From positions 82,398,001 through 82,462,000 of the forward strand of contig OX597818.1 in NCBI GenBank assembly GCA_951406725.2: a stretch of DNA of 64,000 bases, given 5' to 3'. The stretch comes from Octopus vulgaris. Taxonomy: Eukaryota. The notes under the pieces were generated by a model. That model was not told where the DNA came from, searched no databases, and worked only from the letters and a program-made list of their open reading frames with translations. A program made the translations under genes and the position numbers. Shown here piece by piece: positions 42,909 through 55,591 of this stretch (positions are counted from its first letter, which is position 1; each line of letters begins with the position of its first letter).

Positions 42909-42911
<3 letters not shown>
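42628..42911 (-). mobile_element. tRNA-derived SINE related to 2785-3098, inserted in (TA)n
   Basis: Reverse complement: tggaccgcaatgacccagtgg...gtttcgattcccagaccgggcg...gcgatggactggcgtcccgtccagctg. Confidence 0.85.
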
Positions 42912-42962
<51 letters not shown>

Positions 42963-43070
42963 ATCACGTCACCAACCAGTCCATCAGATGTAATTACACA
43001 TCGCTGGTCACAATACGTTCGCATTATTTTAGCCTTCGAATGACGCCACCCCGCTGGCTAAGCGAGCAGG

Positions 43071-43128
<58 letters not shown>

Positions 43129-43982
43129 CGAGGTTTGATCAATAAGTGTCCGGACCGATGCTATAAAAGCAATACTACAACACGTACCAATTTGGCATTT
43201 GTTTTCCTTCAAAGTAGTCCCACTCGGAAGCCACACACTTTATCCAGCGCTGTTTGCATTGAGGGAAACATTTCTCGAACTCGTTTTCTGAGGCAACCAC
43301 CAGCTGCCTCGTCGCATTCAATTTGATTGCCTCAACATCCTGAAATCTCCTTCCTTTCGAGCGACATTTGATTTTAGGAACGAAGAAAAAGATGCAAGGA
43401 GCGAGATCTGGGAAATACGGTGGCAGTCGGACCTGGAGAATGCTGTACCGAATGCTGGAGAATGGACAAGCTGGCCTGAATGAGCAGGTGCGCTGTCAGC
43501 TGAAAGCATTTTTGGTACAAATTTGGCTGACACGCGTCTTATACACAAATCTTCAGGGATAATAATCTGAACTGAATCGTAACTAATCTGCACATCACCT
43601 GATAACTCACGGAAGTTGATTCGACGATTTCCCTCACAGCTGTACGCAAATCTAAGATGTTTTTCTCAATTCTGTTGGTCGCGGGTCTCCCAGAACGTTT
43701 GTCACTACCGACATTTTTTGGGCTCATACCCTCTTCCCAATACACTTTCTGCAATTTTGCCTAGGTCCGACCAGGTATCGCTAAGCTTTTGTCAACATGC
43801 GATGCAGATTCATGGTCAATGCGACGATCACACGATACGCACGTTCCTTCCAAGAACTGTTGCATACAGTGCGCAAAATACTTAACACTTAGTGCGCATG
43901 CACAGCAGAAGTCATGGTCAATCTGTGCCTAGTGGCTTTACGCTGCATGCTTTAGATTGATAACTGTGGCAACAGACCGGAG
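43129..43982 (-). mobile_element. Internally deleted mariner
   Basis: TIR-like cgaggtttgatcaataagtgtccggac; minus-strand DKRSGRPAT, RRVSAKFVPKML and PDLAPC-like motifs. Confidence 0.85.
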
Positions 43983-44020
43983 ATGTGTGTTTATGTATAT
44001 ATATATATATATATATATAT

Positions 44021-44059
<39 letters not shown>

Positions 44060-44195
44060 TACATGACGCGCATTTTACAGTTTCCGCCTACGGAATCCAC
44101 ATACAAAGCTTTAGTTCGTCCGAGGTTATCGTATTTGTGAAACTGAACCTTGGACAATGCGGTTGAGAAGCAAGCTTCTTGCCACACAGCCACGC
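44060..44195 (-). mobile_element. SINE head remnant (56507 family)
   Basis: cagtttccgcctacggaatccac...aagcttcttgccacacagccacgc. Confidence 0.65.
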
Positions 44196-44318
44196 ATTAG
44201 ACTATATGTATGCATGTGTCTGAATACGTGCATGTGCATGTGTCATATACCAAAGGTAGTTGCATCGCACAAATTAATCTCATTTTATATAAATTTCTTC
44301 TACCCCAAGATGGCATAG

Positions 44319-44442
<124 letters not shown>

Positions 44443-45239
44443 GAGAGAGATGTATACATGAAGTAACACACTAAGGAAAGGAATTCCTTCAAAGGGGTGT
44501 GTAAAACATCCAATTCATTGGTACGTCAGTTGAATACCACATAAATATGGGTGCAATGCTAATTATAAATAATAAATTATTGTGAGAGATTCAATTGACA
44601 ATCCAAAAATTTATTCACATTATAATGTAACATAACATACTATGAATATAATAGAAGATAACATAAAAAATCCTTTAAAAAAATCAAAAGCGCCAACAAT
44701 GTGTTACGACTTATATACATTATTTGATTTACAAACAATTCAATTCATTTATAGAAGTCTGATCAACTGTATGGTTTACAGATAGATGAAATTCCGTGTG
44801 AAAGGATGGCTGGATTATGATTAAAAAAAGAATTAATATGCCTATGCATTTTGAGCGTGTGCTTTTCAACTATGTAACAACTACAATTAAACAAAACAAC
44901 AAAATTATAAAGGACAAAATAATTAAGTAATCTACAGCTATCGAAATATATTTCGATATATCTCAAATAATATTATTCCAATGTTGGTTAGCTCGAAGAC
45001 AATATTTGTCTATTATAATAATATACAACAACAATATATCGGTATATAAATTAGGATTCAGGGTCTTACTTAATCTAGAGACTGTAATAAAACGTGTAAA
45101 TAAATATGAATGATAATATGCTATCATACTGGTAATATACAACAACTCAACTCTTTATTTAAAGTTATTGATATAAGAAAATTGTGCTTTATTTACAAAT
45201 TTTATATCTGTCTGTCGCTCAACTATTTATCTTTCTCTC

Positions 45240-45296
<57 letters not shown>

Positions 45297-45327
45297 ATCT
45301 ATCTGTCTGTCTATCTGTCTATCTATC

Positions 45328-45386
45328 TTAGCCACACAGGGCTGCACACAGATTTGTTCTATCTGTGTGCAGCCCTGTGTGGCTAA
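45328..45386. repeat. Perfect 26-bp inverted repeat with 7-nt loop
   Basis: ttagccacacagggctgcacacagat-ttgttct-atctgtgtgcagccctgtgtggctaa. Confidence 0.95.
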
Positions 45387-45396
45387 TAAAGAAACA

Positions 45397-45473
<77 letters not shown>

Positions 45474-45698
45474 GTCCTTCTATTTCTCCATCTATCTATT
45501 ATACATATGTATATGCATATATATATATATATATATATGCATATATAATATAAAATAAATATAAGAGAGTGGTCACTATATGGCTCACTCTAGCACCAGT
45601 TAATCCAAAAGGTTTCAACCACAAAAATACATGTTTCCCATGAAAGTCAGTACGATTGTTAGCTCACACGGACAGGGCAAATAAAAAATAACAAAATA

Positions 45699-45794
45699 CA
45701 GATTATTTTGGGACAATTGTTTCGCTATTAATGAATTAAATGTAATTTTACTTACAATAAAATCCACTTGTAGCTCTTCAGCCAAAACTATCTG
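45699..45794 (-). ncRNA. Type I hammerhead ribozyme, array copy 1
   Basis: Reverse complement of the motif at 47479-47574. Confidence 0.9.
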
Positions 45795-46232
45795 GATGAA
45801 ATCCACTCAATCACACGCCAGATTTTACCATAACGATAAATACGCGTGTGGTTCAATTGATTACATCCGACGTTATAATTCAAATGCCCCAACTAACAGC
45901 GCGCCAAACTTTCACGGAAAACAAATACAGCATTTAGAAATAAATGCAGCATAATTATAATTAATTAATAAGGGTGAGAGAATTAGATACTAATTTAATA
46001 GTATATCTATTCTACACCAAGTGGCCTAGTGCTCCGAGAAACCTGGATTATTATAATATTTTATAATATATTATAATATTTTTACAAAATAAATATAAGA
46101 GAGTGGTCACTATATGGCTCACTCTAGCACCAGTTAATCCAAAAGGTTTCAACCACAAAAATACATGTTTCCCATGAAAGTCAGTACGATTGTTAGCTCA
46201 CACGGACAGGGCAAATAAAAAATAACAAAATA

Positions 46233-46328
46233 CAGATTATTTTGGGACAATTGTTTCGCTATTAATGAATTAAATGTAATTTTACTTACAATAAAATCCA
46301 CTTGTAGCTCTTCAGCCAAAACTATCTG
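46233..46328 (-). ncRNA. Type I hammerhead ribozyme, array copy 2
   Basis: Same sequence as copy 1, +534 bp. Confidence 0.9.
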
Positions 46329-46766
46329 GATGAAATCCACTCAATCACACGCCAGATTTTACCATAACGATAAATACGCGTGTGGTTCAATTGATTACAT
46401 CCGACGTTATAATTCAAATGCCCCAACTAACAGCGCGCCAAACTTTCACGGAAAACAAATACAGCATTTAGAAATAAATGCAGCATAATTATAATTAATT
46501 AATAAGGGTGAGAGAATTAGATACTAATTTAATAGTATATCTATTCTACACCAAGTGGCCTAGTGCTCCGAGAAACCTGGATTATTATAATATTTTATAA
46601 TATATTATAATATTTTTACAAAATAAATATAAGAGAGTGGTCACTATATGGCTCACTCTAGCACCAGTTAATCCAAAAGGTTTCAACCACAAAAATACAT
46701 GTTTCCCATGAAAGTCAGTACGATTGTTAGCTCACACGGACAGGGCAAATAAAAAATAACAAAATA

Positions 46767-46862
46767 CAGATTATTTTGGGACAATTGTTTCGCTATTAAT
46801 GAATTAAATGTAATTTTACTTACAATAAAATCCACTTGTAGCTCTTCAGCCAAAACTATCTG
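46767..46862 (-). ncRNA. Type I hammerhead ribozyme, array copy 3
   Basis: Same sequence as copy 1, +1068 bp. Confidence 0.9.
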
Positions 46863-47478
46863 GATGAAATCCACTCAATCACACGCCAGATTTTACCATA
46901 ACGATAAATACGCGTGTGGTTCAATTGATTACATCCGACGTTATAATTCAAATGCCCCAACTAACAGCGCGCCAAACTTTCACGGAAAACAAATACAGCA
47001 TTTAGAAATAAATGCAAAACAATTGTCCCAAAATAATCTGTATTTTGTTATTTTTTATTTGCCCTGTCCGTGTGAGCTAACAATCGTACTGACTTTCATG
47101 GGAAACATGTATTTTTGTGGTTGAAACCTTTTGGATTAACTGGTGCTAGAGTGAGCCATATAGTGACCACTCTCTTATATTTATTTTGTAAAAATATTAT
47201 AATATATTATAAAATATTATAATAATCCAGGTTTCTCGGAGCACTAGGCCACTTGGTGTAGAATAGATATACTATTAAATTAGTATCTAATTCTCTCACC
47301 CTTATTAATTAATTATAATTATGCTGCATTTATTTCTAAATGCTGTATTTGTTTTCCGTGAAAGTTTGGCGCGCTGTTAGTTGGGGCATTTGAATTATAA
47401 CGTCGGATGTAATCAATTGAACCACACGCGTATTTATCGTTATGGTAAAATCTGGCGTGTGATTGAGTGGATTTCATC

Positions 47479-47574
47479 CAGATAGTTTTGGCTGAAGAGC
47501 TACAAGTGGATTTTATTGTAAGTAAAATTACATTTAATTCATTAATAGCGAAACAATTGTCCCAAAATAATCTG
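47479..47574 (+). ncRNA. Type I hammerhead ribozyme, array copy 4
   Basis: cagatagttttgg-CTGAAGA-gcta..agtggatt..tgtaa gtaaaa ttaca..aattcatt..tagc-GAAAC-aatt-GTC^ccaaaataatctg. Canonical core; 13-position helix I (one mismatch, one GU); extended helix II; palindromic minimal helix III; predicted cleavage after C47561. Confidence 0.92.
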
Positions 47575-48012
47575 TATTTTGTTATTTTTTATTTGCCCTG
47601 TCCGTGTGAGCTAACAATCGTACTGACTTTCATGGGAAACATGTATTTTTGTGGTTGAAACCTTTTGGATTAACTGGTGCTAGAGTGAGCCATATAGTGA
47701 CCACTCTCTTATATTTATTTTGTAAAAATATTATAATATATTATAAAATATTATAATAATCCAGGTTTCTCGGAGCACTAGGCCACTTGGTGTAGAATAG
47801 ATATACTATTAAATTAGTATCTAATTCTCTCACCCTTATTAATTAATTATAATTATGCTGCATTTATTTCTAAATGCTGTATTTGTTTTCCGTGAAAGTT
47901 TGGCGCGCTGTTAGTTGGGGCATTTGAATTATAACGTCGGATGTAATCAATTGAACCACACGCGTATTTATCGTTATGGTAAAATCTGGCGTGTGATTGA
48001 GTGGATTTCATC

Positions 48013-48108
48013 CAGATAGTTTTGGCTGAAGAGCTACAAGTGGATTTTATTGTAAGTAAAATTACATTTAATTCATTAATAGCGAAACAATTGTCCCAAA
48101 ATAATCTG
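48013..48108 (+). ncRNA. Type I hammerhead ribozyme, array copy 5
   Basis: Same sequence as copy 4, +534 bp; predicted cleavage after C48095. Confidence 0.92.
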
Positions 48109-48387
48109 TATTTTGTTATTTTTTATTTGCCCTGTCCGTGTGAGCTAACAATCGTACTGACTTTCATGGGAAACATGTATTTTTGTGGTTGAAACCTTTT
48201 GGATTAACTGGTGCTAGAGTGAGCCATATAGTGACCACTCTCTTATATTTATTTTGTAAAAATATTATAATATATTATAAAATATTATAATAATCCAGGT
48301 TTCTCGGAGCACTAGGCCACTTGGTGTAGAATAGATATACTATTAAATTAGTATCTAATTCTCTCACCCTTATTAATTAATTATATA

Positions 48388-48449
<62 letters not shown>

Positions 48450-48450
<1 letters not shown>

Positions 48451-48746
48451 TAGCAGTATCGCCCGGCGTTGCTCGGGTTTGCAAGGGAAAAAACTATATA
48501 AACATTTTTAGAGAGTTACTTCCCTTATATAATAGCGAAAAAATGCATTAAAATGGAAAAAATGATGGTAATTTTTTTTTTAAATCGTAGACTCATCGTA
48601 GACGCGCGCTAATGCCCAGAAGGGCTCGATATGAATCCCGGCTATAAGATATCCAGTTTTGGTTAAACTGCACCGCCAAATGTGGGAGTAGTTAGGAATC
48701 TAAATCGTAGGAGACAGACACACATATTCACTTTTATATATAAAGA
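48450..48746 (-). mobile_element. Short non-autonomous Helitron (297 bp)
   Basis: Minus strand starts TCtttatatataaaag and ends with hairpin cccgagcaacgccgggc + gatactg + CTAG; inserted between A and T. Confidence 0.9.
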
Positions 48747-48786
48747 TATTGTTGTATTTCGGAATGGTCCTTTTGCCAGTTTAGCC

Positions 48787-48930
<144 letters not shown>

Positions 48931-49710
48931 TACATACATGCATTCATATATATAATAGATAGATATTGATATAGACAGTTAGAGAGATAGATTTGTGCGA
49001 GTGTTAGTGTGTTTGTGTGCATGTCGCGTATTGAGGAACCATATTATATTTGCTAAGACTATTTAGCGATATTCTGAATGTCTCATATGAACATTTAATG
49101 ACTTAGACATAGATACAGGTAGATTGATAGAAAATTCGAAATGAAAACTAGCGTATGCTGTTACATAAGATTTGAACAGCGAGAAATGTAAGAGGTGGGA
49201 ATTGAAGCGGCTTTTGGAAAGCAAGGTAGACATTGCAGATCTAGAAACCAGATGCATAAACGGAGAGACACAACACAAGAGAGGGTGACAGTGGGAAAAA
49301 CAGAGGGTGAAAGGGGAGAAAGAGAGAGGGGAAGAGGGAGAAGGAGTGACAGATAGGGGGGAGAGAGGGAGAAAGAGAGACAGAGAGAAACAATACAAAT
49401 TCTAACTGACATGCAGAAGGAGCCGGCATAAAACAGTGTGTCATTGAAATTTGCAACATTTTTTAAATGGCGGCTCTTAAGTTATTTCATATAATAAAAG
49501 ACTTGAGAAATGAAAATTGTTTATGTGAGCAATATTGTAAAGGCTAAGCCTCTTAATTTAATTTCTTTCAATATTTAAATCTTTTATTTTTAGTCATGAT
49601 TCAATATTTTATTATACTTATTATAGATATGGCAGTTTTATGTCGAAATACCAGTAGAAGGTGTGGAAAAAAATTTAAATTGATATACAAAATAGGGAGT
49701 TATTGTTATG

Positions 49711-49757
<47 letters not shown>

Positions 49758-49908
49758 TGCTCTTTCTTTCTCTAGCACTCGCTCTTCCTCCTTCTCAATC
49801 TGTCTAGCAATATGTCATTTTATGTATTCCCTCTCTTTCTCTCTATCATTCTCTCGCTCATCCTCTCTGTATCTCGAAATATATATATATATATATGTAT
49901 ATAAATAA

Positions 49909-49939
<31 letters not shown>

Positions 49940-50118
49940 CGTGTGTGCGTATCTGTGTGTGCGTGTGTTCGTGTCTGTGTATCTGTGCATGTGCGTTTGT
50001 GTGAGCATGTATATATATATATGTGTGTGTGTGTGTGTATATATGTATATACACATATATGTGTGTATATATATATGTATATGTGGATATATATATGTGT
50101 ATATATGTACATATATAT

Positions 50119-50450
50119 ACAATTGCAGCGTGGAAGGTGTTTGTAAGCCAGTTAAGAAACACACAAAAGCCGTTCAATTCACTTCAACATTTAAGTTTAA
50201 TTTGTCAAAATATTTTCGTCGCTAAAATCCGCGACAATCACTGACAAAAATCCGTGCGGATTTTTGTCAGTGAACAGGTCGCGGATTTTAGCGACGAAAA
50301 TATTTTGACAAATTAAACTTAAATGTTGAAGTGAATTGAACGGCTTTTGTGTGTTTCTTAACTGGCTTACAAACACCTTCCACGCTGCAATTGTTTTCGT
50401 TTCAGCACACGATCTCAGATCAAATCACTTGCTATGCGAGTACATCTCCA
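50119..50450. mobile_element. Near-perfect 276-bp palindrome (50119-50394) plus tail, in (TA)n; Penelope-terminus-like
   Basis: Arms of ~137 bp centred on 50255/50256 differ essentially only at gacaatcac vs gacctgttcac. Confidence 0.85.
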
Positions 50451-50455
50451 ATATA

Positions 50456-50498
<43 letters not shown>

Positions 50499-50622
50499 AC
50501 AAGTAAGAATATATGTATGCATATATCTATATATATATATGTTTGTATGTATGTACGTATCTATCTGTTTATATAATAATATATATATATATATACGAGT
50601 GTGTGTGTATGTATGTATGTAA

Positions 50623-50673
<51 letters not shown>

Positions 50674-50734
50674 GGTGCGTAGCCTAGTGGTGTGGCTTAT
50701 TACGCGTAAGATTGTTAGATCGCTCGCTGAGAGC

Positions 50735-52990
50735 ATGGAAGTTGAACAGAAAAAGCTCTTCAAATACTCACTGAAAAGCACTTGTGAAATGGAAGTACAA
50801 AACCATGCTGATTGGCGAAGCTGCACCAACGGAGATGCCACCTGTTACGAGTGGAAGAGTATTGCAATATCTATAACTGCATCTCCCTGCAATCCTGTAG
50901 CTGTCTCTCACACTTGGCGCGCTTCAATTCGTAGCCCAGAACACATTCTTTTTCCCGCGGAAAAGAGTTCAATCAGGATAATTTTCTTGGACTTTTCAGA
51001 CGAACAGAACCACATCTGTCCTCAGGGTGTTATGGATGACCTGGGGAAACGGCAGTCACTCCCCAGATCCACTTTCATATCCCATGATTGAGATTCATGC
51101 AGCAGGCTATGTGTCTCTTTTGTTCTCCTTGACTGCCTCTCTTCTTGTTTCATGAACTTAATTGCCACCGCTGTTTTCCACTGATGGTGATGATGTTTCT
51201 TGAGTCTTTCATACTCCAGAGCGTAAGTGAGTGTTGCATGCACCCTATCATGGCGCCACTTCATTGAGAAAGGGCAATTCTGCACCTTGAAAGGATGTGT
51301 GCCAGCATACATCTTTCAACACAAAATCTACACAGCTGGTCTTCCCTGAAACGCCATCTATGCAAGTTTGTTCGTGTTGGGAGTTTTTTTTTCATACGCC
51401 ACTCGTAGCAGAAAGAAGATGTGAAATGATTCCAGTCTCCATAGGTCTGCCTATATGACCTTCCTTTTCAGGAGGTCACATCGAGTCCAGGCACCCTGAG
51501 ATACCAGCTCCACAGCTTTTGATGTTCTTTCTTCCTTCTGGCTCCACACTTCTGTCTGGATCATGGGACTCCTCTCCCTGAAGCCCACCTTCTGCCATTG
51601 TCTGAAGTGGAGGGAATCGAGACGTTAGCAGCATCTGCTTGTAATTTCAATGATATCGCGTAGCTTCCGCAAGCCTTCAGCCTGAACGACTGTAGAGTTA
51701 GCTATCCACTTTCCACCAGACCTTGTAATACTTGCATGTCTGGTAATACATGCAAGTATTACTCCCAACTCTCCCAACACCAACAAACTTGCATAGATGG
51801 CGTTTCAGGGAAGACCAGCTGTGTAGATTTTGTGTTGAAACATGTATGCTGGCACACATCATTTCAGGGTGCAGAATTGCCCTTTCTCAAGGAAGATATG
51901 TGGCGCCATGATAGGGTGCATGCAACAAACTGATCCTGCGAATCTCTGTAATTCATTACCACATTACATTTTGCGAGTTCGAATTCCTCCACTACGGATG
52001 ACAGTTGTAGCTGTTCAGATCCTACGTAGCGGTCTAATGAAATGAAGCTTGGTGTGGACACCTAACTACCTTCAGAGGTATTTCTTTATCTTCCTCTCCA
52101 CCATTTCCACGCTGGTTATTGGAGTTTCATATGGTGCCAGTAACCAGATTAGTCCGTGTCGGTAAAGCTATGCCTTGTATTTTCATAGAAGGCCTGATAT
52201 TTCAATCCTACTCAGCTACTCCTCTGCTTGCTACTCCGTATTGGGGACATTGCTATTATTCGAGAGTGAATTCAAACCTAGCTCCAAGGCATTTCTTCTA
52301 ATTTTCTTCAACAGATGGGAAAGCCTCTCCGTCCACTTGCAGCTTAATTTTGTTTGTTATTTTACCTCTACTGACCACCAATAATACTACTACATTTTGG
52401 GGGCTTAAACTTCATTCTAGCCCATGCTGGTGGAGGCGCGTGACTTAGTGGTTAGGGTGTCAGCATCATGATCGTAAGATTGTGGTTTCGATTCCTGGAC
52501 TGGGCGACGGGTTGTGTTCTTGAGCAAAACACTTCCTTTCGCGTTGCTCCAGTCCACTCAGCTGGCAAAAATGAGTAACGCTGCCATGGACTGGCGTCCC
52601 ATCGAGCTGGGGAACACATACGCCATTGAAACCAGGAAATCGGGCCCATGAGCCTGACTAGGCTTTAAAAGGGCGCATTTTTTATTATTTCTTTTTATAT
52701 GCCATATGATCCACTGAAGCCCGCTCCCTTTCTCCATCCGCACGGGTTGTAGTTGTCACCGTGGGACCATTCAGGAAGCACCTTATCGGACGTTGAGGCA
52801 TGCGTAATTCCCTTGTTAGGTCTTGGGCTTGCTTATCAGTAGCAGGTATGACGAGAATTATGCCCCAAATGAAAGGGATCAGTGAAATTGTGCAGTCAGT
52901 TATAATTTTTTTCTCCAGATCTTGCCACCAAGTTCTAAAGTGTGCTGTTTAGATGCGTAACTGGATCTCTCCTTATTAGCAGGTAATTAT
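50735..52990 (-). mobile_element. HERO-clade non-LTR retrotransposon fragment (RT to REL endonuclease), decayed, with internal inverted duplication and SINE insertion
   Basis: WQDLEKKIITDCTISLIPF (RT), YETPITSVEMVERKIKKYL, SSVVEEFELAK, ADLWRLE..FLLRVAYE, C..C..HIISGCRIALSQGRYVWRHD, WDMKVDLG, and TLRTDVVLF..KIILIEL. Confidence 0.85.
52431..52685 (+). mobile_element. tRNA-derived SINE nested in the HERO element
   Basis: Same family as 33009-33262. Confidence 0.9.
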
Positions 52991-53643
52991 TTCCTTAATA
53001 AGCGTAGAAATACATATATGCATGCATGCATACCTACGCATATACAGATATGTGTACGTGTGTACGAATGTATGTGTGTGTATATATGTATATGTATTTC
53101 AGTGGATACACGAATGTAAGGAGAAACTGAGACACGTTAGTGTGACTTCTGAATGTATATATATATACCTAAATAAGTGTAAGGTTTATACATATATATT
53201 TCTACGTATATATAACCTACCTAGTTTTATGCACATATACCAGTAATGGATATGATCAGTTTTAGACATTTTAAATGTTTCTCCCCGGGAAGGATCAATT
53301 TAGAGGAAGCAATTGTGAAGTCATCGCGTCTAGTAAAACATTATCCAAGCCGATATTGCTTTCTGAAATGCATTTCTAACAAGCGAAAATATACATTCAT
53401 ATATACATACATATATACATACATACATACATGCATACATAAATACATATATACAAACATACATACATACGTACACACACACATACATACATGTATGTGT
53501 ATGAGTGTTTGTGTGTGTGTGTTTGTGTATATATATATGTGTGTGTATATATATGTATATATATGTCATGTTTATGAATACATACACACACACATACAAA
53601 CAAGTATATATGCATTCATGTGTGTGGAAGAGTGTATGTATGC

Positions 53644-53680
<37 letters not shown>

Positions 53681-54165
53681 GGCATATACACATTCACACA
53701 CCTCACACATGAACATTTTAAAAATAATATTTTCATTTTCGCCATTTTGATTTTATAACAAGCCAAAAAAATGAAACAATCGACTTTTTATAACATTAAG
53801 GAACAGTTATATTTCATATTTATAGAAAAATTAATTTAATAAACATAAATTAAAAAAGGCTTCCTATTTGACAGCACACGCAAATCTTACATGCACGTGA
53901 ATACAAATAAATATATGTGAGTCTGTGTGTGCGTGTATGTGCGTGTGTGCGCGCGTGTGTGTATAGTTAGTAAGGTAGAAGCGGTGGTAACACAGAGGTA
54001 AAAATATAAGGTCGTCATTACTATAAATCAAACTGCAGTGTGTGTTTGTAAGCTTATGTAAAAGGGAATTTACATATTTATATAATATATCGTTTCAGAT
54101 TATTACACGCGTACACACAAAAAAATTATCATGCCCACCACACACACACATGAAAATACGCCTCT

Positions 54166-54204
<39 letters not shown>

Positions 54205-54335
54205 TAGACACACTAGCACACACATATGTATATACATACATATGTATATATATATATATGTCTGTCTTTTATATATACACATATGTATGCATCTATACTT
54301 AATTATATATTTATATATTTTACATGCCTATACAG

Positions 54336-54429
<94 letters not shown>

Positions 54430-54438
54430 GGGTATATA

Positions 54439-54474
<36 letters not shown>

Positions 54475-55150
54475 TATACGTATGTATATTTATACACATG
54501 CATATTTACATAAACATAGCTAGGTAGATAGATAGAATAATTGATAGATAGATAGACAGAGAGAATGAGAGGGAGAGGAGAAAAGAAAATAAAGAAAGTG
54601 CCTTGAAGGGAGGTAGAAAACAAGAAAAGATTAATATATGGAAAAAGATTTGGGAGAGAAACCTTGAAGATAAAGGATGTGAGACAGATATAAAGAAGTG
54701 AAATACTTCAAGAATCCCGGGAAACCAAAGAAAAAAAAAGGAAAAAAAGAAGAAAACACAAAGAAGCATACAGGCCACACCCAAACATAAACCTAAGCAA
54801 ATATGATAACATGAATAAATAACCCAGCTATGGCAAGACTGAAATGATTGCGCACAAAATATCTCACAACACATCAAAAATCATACAGTGCATACTAATT
54901 TTCTTGCCGTGTACAGAGTAATATTTATTTCGCAAGGCGCCATAAATTTAACTGCAGTTTAAAATATTGCTGCAGCGATAAATTTTCTTCCTTCAAATGC
55001 AAGAGGCATTGCACGTAAGAATGAATTAATATTGCACTTGGTTTAGTTATGACATGACCTGTTGTTACAGTCATTAGTGATTAAGGGACCGATACACTGA
55101 GGTACAAGAATGCAAAATACATGTCATATATAGATGCTAATTTCTTTTAT

Positions 55151-55223
<73 letters not shown>

Positions 55224-55448
55224 GAGAAAAAGAGATAAAGAGATAAAGAGAATGGAGAACGCTTGTGTATCTATCTATCTATCTATCAATCTTATTTATC
55301 TACGTATCTATCTACTATCTATCTATCCATATATCTGTATGTCTGTCTATCTCTGTCTGTCCTTTTATGTATCTGTCTCTCTGTCTCTGAGTCAGTCTGT
55401 CCACTTATTTATCCTTCTCTCTCTGTATATATATATATATATATATAT

Positions 55449-55591
55449 AAGGTTAATCCAAACGGGAAAACCGGAAAAACAACAACACGTGGAACAATTA
55501 CAGTATTATTATTATTAGGCGCTCAGGAAAATGGAAGAAGGAGGGTATGACGTTTCGAGCGGAGCTCTTCGTCGGAAACATAGGAGAAAGA

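Larger units (their letters stand above)
45552..48385. mobile_element. Inverted double tandem array of 534-bp hammerhead-containing units (non-LTR retrozyme / Penelope pLTR-like)
   Basis: Left block 45552-47016 (~2.7 units, starting at 45552, 46086, 46620); right block 47017-48385 (~2.6 units) in the opposite orientation; units appear identical; (TA)n on both flanks. Confidence 0.95.

Noticed and set aside
44688-44770. Minus-strand TTGATCA-gactt...aagtc-GTAAC-acatt-GTT hammerhead-like string
   Set aside because: Three core mismatches and no helix I; cannot be separated from chance.
45615-48192. Five identical 63-aa ORFs (MDFIQIVLAEELQ...)
   Set aside because: GTG-started by-product of the 534-bp repeat overlapping the ribozyme; no recognisable domain.
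45552-48385. Array as a CRISPR or ordinary satellite
   Set aside because: No unique spacers and eukaryotic context; few units, an internal inversion and the ribozyme point to a retroelement.
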